Assembly: GCA_030613505.1 (NCBI GenBank)
Contig: JAUWLW010000011.1
Location: 945 to 64,944 of the forward strand
Length of the DNA stretch: 64,000 nt
Direction: 5' to 3'
Source of the DNA: Candidatus Zixiibacteriota bacterium
GTDB taxonomy: Bacteria; RBG-13-66-14; B26-G2; WVWN01
Of the stretch, positions 58,252 through 64,000 are shown in pieces (position 1 is the stretch's first letter; each line of letters opens with the position of its first letter). Made by a program: the position numbers and the translations under genes. A model generated the notes under the pieces. It saw only the letters and a program-made list of their open reading frames with translations, searched no databases and was not told where the DNA came from.

Positions 58252-59181
58252 CTACTTAAACAACGCCTTCACGCGGCCCAGCGAGGCCGGAACTACGGCC
58301 GTGGCCGTATCGTCGAAGTATTGGACGCGGCAGCCGTAGTAATCGGTGGCGTACGCGCGCACACCCGAGGGCGAAACGGCCACGTCATGGAGGAGGGTGA
58401 ATAGGCCGACACCTTCGCCGGGCCCGCCGAATATGCCGAGCCAGGAGCCGGTAGCGCTGAAGTAATCGACGCAGTGATTGTACGTATTGGCGACGAACAC
58501 TATCCCCGACCTCGAGACGTCGAGTCCGCGCGGGTCGTCGAATTCGCCGGGCCCCTCGCCCCATTTACCCCACGCACCCAGGAACGAGCCGGTAGGCGTG
58601 AAGTATTGGACGCGGCTGTTGCCGTTGTCGACTACGTAGACGGTACCGTTCAAGGCGACGGCGATACCGTCCGGGTTATAAAATTGGCCGGGGCCCGAAC
58701 CTTCGGAACCCCACGAACCGAGCAACGAGCCGGTGGGGGTATAATACGACACGCCGGGAAGCCAGAATTCGCTCACGTATACGTTGCCGTCGGGCGCCAC
58801 GGCCACGTCCATCGGGGAGGCGAGACAGCCCCAGGAACCGACGAACGAGCCCGTCGAGGTGTAGTAACGAACGACGCTGCCCTGGGAATCGATTACGTAG
58901 ACGACGCCGCGGCGCGAGACGTCGATGCCGCCGCCGCCGGGGTTATTCCATTGGCCGAGGTACGAGCCGGCGGAGGTGAAGCACTGAACCCTTTTCGTCC
59001 CCGAGTCGATTACGTAGACGTTGCCGTTGGGCGCGGTAGCCAAGGCGTAGGGGCCGGCGAACTCCCCCGGCCCGGACCCGTACTTACCCCACGTGCCCGC
59101 GTACTGGTACGTGGGAGCCGCGACCGAGGCCGCGGCGGCCGCGAGCGCGACTGCAGTTAAAACAACTAAACCCGTCTTCAT
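58252..59181 (-). CDS. secreted NHL-repeat protein with tag ...VVPASLGRVKALFK
   Basis: MKTGLVVLTAVALAAAAASVAAP signal peptide. Confidence 0.85.
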   Translation of the reverse strand: MKTGLVVLTAVALAAAAASVAAPTYQYAGTWGKYGSGPGEFAGPYALATAPNGNVYVIDSGTKRVQCFTSAGSYLGQWNNPGGGGIDVSRRGVVYVIDSQGSVVRYYTSTGSFVGSWGCLASPMDVAVAPDGNVYVSEFWLPGVSYYTPTGSLLGSWGSEGSGPGQFYNPDGIAVALNGTVYVVDNGNSRVQYFTPTGSFLGAWGKWGEGPGEFDDPRGLDVSRSGIVFVANTYNHCVDYFSATGSWLGIFGGPGEGVGLFTLLHDVAVSPSGVRAYATDYYGCRVQYFDDTATAVVPASLGRVKALFK

Positions 59182-59500
59182 CGTTCTACCTCCTCTTCGA
59201 TTTATGAACGCTTTCTTTTATTGCGCCGTTGAGCCGGTTGTGAATAAAAAAGGCCGGGCCGGCGCGGAGCCGAACCCGGATAGTATTCTCTTATGAGCGA
59301 CCGGACCGTCGGCCGCGTTCGTTACGCACTCCCGTTTCCTCCGATCCGGGCATAACCCTGACCTCCTTAGGAAATCGCCCGGTTAAATTTCTACGCCAAC
59401 CCTATGTGGACATTATGACACCGGCCTGTACCCAAGTCAAGCAAAAACTATCCTAATCATTAATTATTTAGTAAGGTTGACATATGCTTATTTTAGTACG

Positions 59501-59524
59501 GAAAAAAGGGGCCGCGCGGGCCCC
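59501..59524 (-). terminator. rho-independent terminator GGGGCCGCGCGGGCCCC + U6
   Basis: Hairpin with AAAAAA on the plus strand (U6 on the minus sense). Confidence 0.6.
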
Positions 59525-59533
59525 TGCCGAATG

Positions 59534-59555
59534 GGGGCGTACAGCTGTACGCCCC
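59534..59555. repeat. palindrome family member GGGGCGTACAGCTGTACGCCCC
   Basis: Identical to the copies at 57254 and 63961. Confidence 0.6.
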
Positions 59556-59611
59556 TACCGGAACAACGCCTTCACGCGGCCGAGGGAGGTGGGCGCAACG
59601 CCGGGCCTTCT
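59555..59611 (-). other. orphan tag-coding remnant (...RRPGVAPTSLGRVKALFR*) without an NHL body
   Basis: Out of frame and downstream of the membrane-protein stop at 59629. The ORF-track 59555..59968 ORF is otherwise Arg-rich junk. Confidence 0.55.
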
Positions 59612-59628
59612 CGCGTTGCGCGCCGATC

Positions 59629-60117
59629 TCAACATCCTGATAATTGGCTCAACCATATCAGTAAACCGCAAATTAATCCCACCGCGCCGCTGGTTCCGCC
59701 GAGGACGACGGTCCATTTTACCGCGCGCCAACCGGGGTATTCGTAGAGTAGCTCGCCCCGGGCGGCGGCCCCGGCGCTCGCGAAGGCGCCGTAAACGAGA
59801 AGTCCTATCCAAACGACGCCCCCCAACGTACCGCCGAAGAGGATTATTATGAAGATGACTTGCCCGAACCCTTCGGCGGCGTCGAGTCGCCCGAATATCG
59901 TCGCCACCGCGGCCCAACCTGCGACCACATAGTAGAAGGCGAGCGTCGTCGCCGCCACGGCGAGCCAAAGCTCGAGGGCGCGAAAGAGATGGTGCCGGAC
60001 GAAGGTATTAACGAAAGCTGCGGGGATCGCGAGGGGTAGCGCAACCAGGAAATACGAGCCGGCGGCTACTGACCGCGCGGCCTTATTCGATTCGACGACG
60101 TCGCGAGGCGAAGACAT
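59629..60117 (-). CDS. polytopic membrane protein, hypothetical
   Basis: Start trimmed to MSSPRDVV.... Four or more hydrophobic helices. The upstream 160 aa of the ORF-track ORF are Arg-rich GC artefact. Confidence 0.5.
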   Translation of the reverse strand: MSSPRDVVESNKAARSVAAGSYFLVALPLAIPAAFVNTFVRHHLFRALELWLAVAATTLAFYYVVAGWAAVATIFGRLDAAEGFGQVIFIIILFGGTLGGVVWIGLLVYGAFASAGAAARGELLYEYPGWRAVKWTVVLGGTSGAVGLICGLLIWLSQLSGC

Positions 60118-60164
60118 GGTAAACGTTGCCGCTAAGGCGAGTGTGATACCCGCGGCCCAGGCCG

Positions 60165-60720
60165 CTAGACGCGCACCGCCATCGTGACGCACGCCTCCGG
60201 GCAGACGTCGGCGCACAGGCCGCAGCCGTAGCACTTCTCGTCGGCGACGGCCAGCTTGCCGTCGGCTATCTCGCGGGCGCCGAAGTAGCACACGTCGACG
60301 CAGGTCCCGCAGGCCGCGCACGCGCCCATATCGATGCGGGCGGCGAACATCCCCCGGTCGCACGCCGCCGTCTCCACGTCCGACCGGAAGTAGTAGCAGC
60401 AGTCGTCGCAGCAGAAGCAGATCCCCTGGACGCGGGTTTTGTCCTCCTCGTACCGGAACGGCCGGACGACGAGGCGCTTGTCCTCCGCCTCCTTCATTAT
60501 CCCGGCGACGAAGTCGGCGCCTACCTCGCGGAAGTCGGAGCCGGTCCCGGCCATCTGCGTGTCGAAGAAGAGGCACACGTCGGCGCGGGAGCGTTGACAC
60601 CCCGGCTCACCCTCACGGCAGCCGCAGTTGGAGACCCAGAACTTGTCGAACCCGGCGATCAGCTCCTCCGCCTCCTCGCGCGTCGCGACGTAGTGGAAAT
60701 GCAGCTCGTCGTCTTTCATA
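60165..60720 (-). CDS. 4Fe-4S dicluster ferredoxin-type domain protein
   Basis: Start at MKDDELHF (SD GGAGGT). CAACGTCVDVC and CYGCGLCADVCP motifs plus an extra Cys cluster. Confidence 0.65.
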
Positions 60721-60835
60721 ATATTACCTCCAAGCGTTAACAAGGGGCTTAAGCCCCCTGGCCGGCGCGCCGCCGTCAAGGGGGAAAGCCTCCCGCGGCG
60801 CCGCTACGTTACGAAAGGAAATACGAAGCCGTATA

Positions 60836-61783
60836 TTAAAACGCGCGGACGACCGACGGTAGTATTTGGACCGCGAACGCGAAGGCAAAGGGTAGCAGGA
60901 CGGACGATAAAAATATAATAATAAAAAACGAGGTGGCGTCGAATTTCCTCTCGGCGACGTCGTCCGGCGCAAGCTGCCGCCCCGCTACTAACGCGAGGTA
61001 AAAAAGCGGCAACCACGCGAAAATCGTCGCGGCAAGGCCGACGTCGTAGCGTCGGGAAAAACACGCCACTATCAGCGCCGCCGGCAACGCGGCAAGCAAC
61101 CCCCAGCGCACGGGCCGCCACACCGGCGCGAGTTCCCTCGTTAACGCCCGGCCAAAATGATACCGTCGGGCGGTCGCGCCGCGGTACCGCGTTACGACGA
61201 GAGCATACAAGAGGAAGTAGGCCGCGGCGATGGCGGCGGCGACGGCGAGGTAATGGCCTATTATGAAACTCCATACCCGCGTAGGCTCTTCGGCCCGGTA
61301 AGAAACCGCCAGGCCGCCAACGGCGACGGCCGCCAAGAGAGAAACGGGCCAGAAGCCGAAGACCACCGCCACGTCGAGTAGTTTCTTTTTCCCCTCCTCG
61401 GTCGCCGGCACCGCGGCCCGTTGGAGGGCGTACGGCGCGCGAAGTAAAAAAGACGCGTTAATCCACAACGCCGCTAAGTAAAAAGCGCCGAGCGCCATAC
61501 GGCTCAGGTCGCCGGGGAGGTCGACAAGCTCGTACAGGAAAGAGGCGACGACGAAAACGGTCACGTAACTCGCTACGCGGAAAAACTCCCGCACCGTAAC
61601 GGGCGACGAATCGCCCGCAGAAGCGAAGGCCTTTAAAAGCGGGCCGGCGGCAACTGCGAAATACAACGCCGTGAGCGCCAGCCACGGGTAAGGTAAATAA
61701 AAGAGCAACCCGGCGTACGCCGCGGCCGCCGTCGCGTACCATACTACGTAAACCGACCTGGATACTTTGGCCTCGGCCTCCAT
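60836..61783 (-). CDS. polytopic membrane protein, hypothetical
   Basis: 315 aa with about 8 hydrophobic segments. Confidence 0.55.
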   Translation of the reverse strand: MEAEAKVSRSVYVVWYATAAAAYAGLLFYLPYPWLALTALYFAVAAGPLLKAFASAGDSSPVTVREFFRVASYVTVFVVASFLYELVDLPGDLSRMALGAFYLAALWINASFLLRAPYALQRAAVPATEEGKKKLLDVAVVFGFWPVSLLAAVAVGGLAVSYRAEEPTRVWSFIIGHYLAVAAAIAAAYFLLYALVVTRYRGATARRYHFGRALTRELAPVWRPVRWGLLAALPAALIVACFSRRYDVGLAATIFAWLPLFYLALVAGRQLAPDDVAERKFDATSFFIIIFLSSVLLPFAFAFAVQILPSVVRAF

Positions 61784-61796
61784 AACGTAAATATGC

Positions 61797-61832
61797 GAAA
61801 AAGGCGCGCCGCCGTCAAGGGCGGAGCGTCGC
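61797..61832. repeat. 36-bp direct repeat GAAAAAGGCGCGCCGCCGTCAAGGGCGGAGCGTCGC (left copy)
   Basis: 28/28 identical core with 63132..63167. Partial copies at 60764-60785 and 63903-63925. Confidence 0.65.
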
Positions 61833-61949
61833 GGGCCGGTATATTGTCATTTAAATACGGCAATAACGTAAAAATAGAATTGCGAAAAACACAAATTCTT
61901 TCCCTGGAATTGCGAAAAACCGCTCTTAATTACAAATTTCAGTCATAAC

Positions 61950-63134
61950 TCACTCAGAAAAAAGGATTTCGAAAATCGGATCGGCGATAAAAGCCTTCGG
62001 ATATTTAATTTCCCCTAACTGACTTAAGATACCCAATTCGACTAATCTATTTACGCAATCCCTCGCAACGCTATATTTAACGCTTAATATTACCGCCGCT
62101 GATTTATAAGTAATAACCGGATTTCCTATTAAAGCTTCTGCTAGCTCAACGTCAGAAGCCGATGCCCTGGGGCGCTTTATCAGCTCGCGCCAATCCTTCC
62201 TAAGTGCGTCCAAAGCGTTAATACGCCTTCCAACGTCCGCAGCTTGGGTTCTAATAGCTTCCAGGAAAAAAAGTATCCATTCGCGCCACGCACCTTTGGT
62301 ACTAACTTCAAACATCAAATCACAGTAGGCCTCTTTATTATTTTCAAAGTAACGGCTCAGGTGTAGTAACGGGGTGGGTAAAAGGCCCCAATAAACTAAT
62401 AAAAATATAACTAACAACCTGCCTATCCGGCCGTTCCCGTCCCGGAACGGATGGATCGTTTCGAATTGGTAGTGGATAAACGCAAGCCTTACCAACTTTG
62501 GATAATTGTCATTCGCGTGTAGGTATTTCTCAAACGCGTCCAGGCAATTTTCAATTTCCGGCGGTGGCGGCGGTATAAAAACGGCTTCTTGAACCGTCCC
62601 GCGTCCTCTTACGCCTACCTGGAGGCGCCGGAACTGACCTAACTCTGCTTCCCCTCCACGCACCCCGGTCATTAGTATTTTGTGCAATTCGCGTATTAAC
62701 CTTAAACTCAAAGGAGTTTTCGTTTGGTCCAAAGCATACTCAATCGCGGCGACGTAATTAAATACTTCCTTTAAGGCGGCAGCCCGGGGGTCGGTTTCAA
62801 ACCCCGGTAGTTTAAGTTGCCCAGCTTCGTACGCGTACAGGTCTTTAATATCGACGACGGTACCCTCAATGATCGATCCTAGGCGCGCCTCCCGGCGAAT
62901 AAAAGGCCGAACGAATAGGTTAGCATTCTCGACTTTTCTACCCAGGCCGTCCAACGCGCCCAAAGCGAGCGAAGCCTCCTCGACCGCGCCAGTTAAATCG
63001 CTCAAATCTATGCGAGGCGGAAGAGGCTTAGGTATAAACGCCCAATCGCCTCCGTATTTCGTCGAAATCGGGACGAGTTTACCGGGGGCGTCTTCCGTAA
63101 AAAGGCCAGCGTCCATCGAACACGATAATATCAA
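61950..63134 (-). CDS. Fic-family protein (AMPylation motif HPFRDGNGRIGR)
   Basis: 394 aa with FIHYQFETIHPFRDGNGRIGRLL. A degenerate inhibitory-helix-like GSIIEG. C-terminal wHTH-like region. GC roughly 45% versus roughly 68% in the flanks. Confidence 0.85.
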   Translation of the reverse strand: MILSCSMDAGLFTEDAPGKLVPISTKYGGDWAFIPKPLPPRIDLSDLTGAVEEASLALGALDGLGRKVENANLFVRPFIRREARLGSIIEGTVVDIKDLYAYEAGQLKLPGFETDPRAAALKEVFNYVAAIEYALDQTKTPLSLRLIRELHKILMTGVRGGEAELGQFRRLQVGVRGRGTVQEAVFIPPPPPEIENCLDAFEKYLHANDNYPKLVRLAFIHYQFETIHPFRDGNGRIGRLLVIFLLVYWGLLPTPLLHLSRYFENNKEAYCDLMFEVSTKGAWREWILFFLEAIRTQAADVGRRINALDALRKDWRELIKRPRASASDVELAEALIGNPVITYKSAAVILSVKYSVARDCVNRLVELGILSQLGEIKYPKAFIADPIFEILFSE

Positions 63135-63167
63135 AAAAGGCGCGCCGCCGTCAAGGGCGGACGTCGC
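63132..63167. repeat. 36-bp direct repeat (right copy)
   Basis: CAAAAAAGGCGCGCCGCCGTCAAGGGCGGACGTCGC. Confidence 0.65.
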
Positions 63168-63803
63168 TCAGTCGGTTACTCCCGGCGGCAGGTGTACCGC
63201 GAAGGTGCAGCGCTCGTCGCCCCGCATGACGGACCGGAGGACCTCGACGCGCACCGGCCTCTCGACGATGAACTCCCAGATACGGCCGTACCACCCGCCG
63301 CCGCAGCAGCAGTAGGGCTCCGGCGCGGGCGTCGTCGCCGCCCCGGCCCGGGCCAGCGGGCAGTGGCAATAGGCGACCCGCCTCTCGTCCGGCGTTTGGG
63401 CGGCCGCGAACGCCTCGGCGTCGCCGGGGGCCTTGGTCTCGTAGATGACGTCGCCCTCGCGGTAAGGGCGGGAGTGCTTTTCGGGGTCGCGGGCCATGGC
63501 CTCGAAGACCGCGTCCACGCCGCCGGCCTCTCGGTAAATTTTCCGCAGCTCGAGCAGCGGCTCGTCGCCGAACTCCTCGACGAAGACGCAGGCCCGGCGT
63601 TCCATTATCTTCTCGCGCGTCGCGACGTCGGGGACGGCCTCGGCCAGCCGCTCCATCGCCAGCCGCGACCAGGCCGCGCGCTCCTCGGGGGAGGCTTCGG
63701 CCAGCTCCCGGTGGCCCTCCAGGACCCGCTCGCTGACGCCCGGGCCGGCGTGCTCGTCGATAAGCCGGGCCCACTTGGCCATCTTTTCCTCCAACCAACC
63801 CAT
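63168..63803 (-). CDS. hypothetical Cys-rich protein
   Basis: 211 aa with CHCPLARA...CCCGGGWY. No recognisable family. Confidence 0.45.
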   Translation of the reverse strand: MGWLEEKMAKWARLIDEHAGPGVSERVLEGHRELAEASPEERAAWSRLAMERLAEAVPDVATREKIMERRACVFVEEFGDEPLLELRKIYREAGGVDAVFEAMARDPEKHSRPYREGDVIYETKAPGDAEAFAAAQTPDERRVAYCHCPLARAGAATTPAPEPYCCCGGGWYGRIWEFIVERPVRVEVLRSVMRGDERCTFAVHLPPGVTD

Positions 63804-63841
63804 ACGTGACCTCCTTGCCTACAAGGTGACCGGCCCGCCCC

Positions 63842-63863
63842 GGGGCGCACAGCGGTGCGCCCC
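63842..63863. repeat. palindrome family member GGGGCGCACAGCGGTGCGCCCC (in the 5' UTR of 63168..63803)
   Basis: Perfect 9+4+9 palindrome, 40 nt upstream of the ATG. Confidence 0.55.
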
Positions 63864-63889
63864 TATAAAAACAAACGTTGCCGGCGGCC

Positions 63890-63919
63890 ATTATAGGGCG
63901 GCGGCGGCTCGGCGTCAAG
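63890..63919 (-). promoter_or_regulatory. sigma70-like promoter TTGACG-18-TATAAT on the minus strand
   Basis: -35 at 63919-63914, -10 at 63895-63890. Confidence 0.35.
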
Positions 63920-63928
63920 GGGGGATGA

Positions 63929-63950
63929 AAAAGGGGCCGCAGGGGCCCCT
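63929..63950 (-). terminator. rho-independent terminator GGGGCCCCUGCGGCCCC + U5
   Basis: Same architecture as 59501..59524. Confidence 0.55.
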
Positions 63951-63960
63951 TCCGAAGTAG

Positions 63961-63982
63961 GGGCGTACAGCTGTACGCCCCT
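63961..63982. repeat. palindrome family member GGGGCGTACAGCTGTACGCCCC
   Basis: Third identical copy. Confidence 0.6.
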
Positions 63983-64000
63983 ACCGGAATAACGCCTTCA
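63982..64000 (-). CDS. C-terminal end (...KALFR*) of another tag-bearing gene running off the right edge
   Basis: Reverse translation gives ...(V)KALFR-stop, immediately followed by palindrome + spacer + terminator exactly as in the other cassettes. Confidence 0.5.

Noticed and set aside
48623-59181. Tag interpreted as a minimal T9SS C-terminal domain or an OMP beta-signal
   Set aside because: T9SS CTDs are ~70-100 aa, and a genuine one is present in 52037..53975. OMP beta-signals end in an aromatic residue, whereas here the terminal residue is Arg or Lys. Kept only as a distant analogy.
46548-59200. Integron-like cassette array hypothesis (ORF + palindromic attC-like site, all same orientation)
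   Set aside because: No intI-type integrase nearby. The palindromes are perfect and lack the R''/L''...L'/R' architecture and the GTTRRRY core of attC. Each gene has its own SD and a classical U-tract terminator. Better explained as a tag + hairpin + terminator 3' cassette.
59555-59968. 137-aa ORF-track ORF on the minus strand
   Set aside because: Only the last ~18 codons (the tag remnant) are meaningful. The rest is Arg-rich out-of-frame sequence overlapping the real membrane-protein gene 59629..60117.
59629-60600. 323-aa ORF-track version of the membrane-protein gene
   Set aside because: The N-terminal ~160 aa are Arg-rich artefact. The hydrophobic protein begins at the ATG at 60117.
1-64000. 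CRISPR arrays, rRNA genes, reverse transcriptase/DGR
   Set aside because: No regularly spaced direct repeats with unique spacers. No rRNA-like conserved blocks. No RT motifs (YxDD) in any ORF. The NHL paralog pairs lack an associated RT, so a DGR is not supported.

Overview
This is a high-GC (~65%) bacterial window, probably from an FCB-group lineage. A 646-aa FG-GAP protein carries a TIGR04183-type T9SS/FlgD-like C-terminal sorting domain, which fits Gemmatimonadota-like or related candidate phyla, but I cannot confirm taxonomy from sequence alone. Almost every gene from 22.9 kb to the right edge is on the minus strand.

Contents, left to right:
(i) 1-4.9 kb: a P4/PICI-like integrative core (CHC2-Toprim primase running off the window, AlpA/Xis-like HTH, XRE repressor, tyrosine integrase) abutting tRNA-Pro(UGG).
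(ii) 4.9-17.4 kb: a prophage-like lysis module (amidase_2, XhlA-like and holin-like proteins) and a tail-fibre/structural block, interspersed with secreted cargo genes.
(iii) 17.6-22.8 kb: ordinary plus-strand genes. These are PhzF, an ICMT-family methyltransferase, two Zn-ribbon/beta-barrel paralogs, and a SAM-methyltransferase with an in-frame TAA.
(iv) 22.9-46.5 kb: a phage head-morphogenesis module (TerS?/TerL, portal, protease-scaffold, major capsid, gp6-like connector). NHL beta-propeller genes, M15 peptidases and extra connector-like genes have been inserted into it and tandemly duplicated. A ~90-nt conserved intergenic element occurs four times.
(v) 46.8-59.2 kb: a tandem array of secreted NHL-repeat paralogs and other secreted proteins. 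Each ends in a conserved C-terminal peptide ...P[TA]SLGRVKALFR-COOH, followed by a conserved GC palindrome and a rho-independent terminator. Orphan copies of this 3' cassette exist.
(vi) Right end: membrane and 4Fe-4S genes and a low-GC Fic gene flanked by 36-bp direct repeats.

There are 14 NHL-repeat genes in total. No CRISPR array, rRNA or reverse transcriptase was seen. The most interesting signal is the combination of a novel C-terminal peptide tag shared across unrelated folds with a modular, recombining 3' cassette, set against a heavily mosaic phage-derived locus loaded with secreted beta-propeller cargo.
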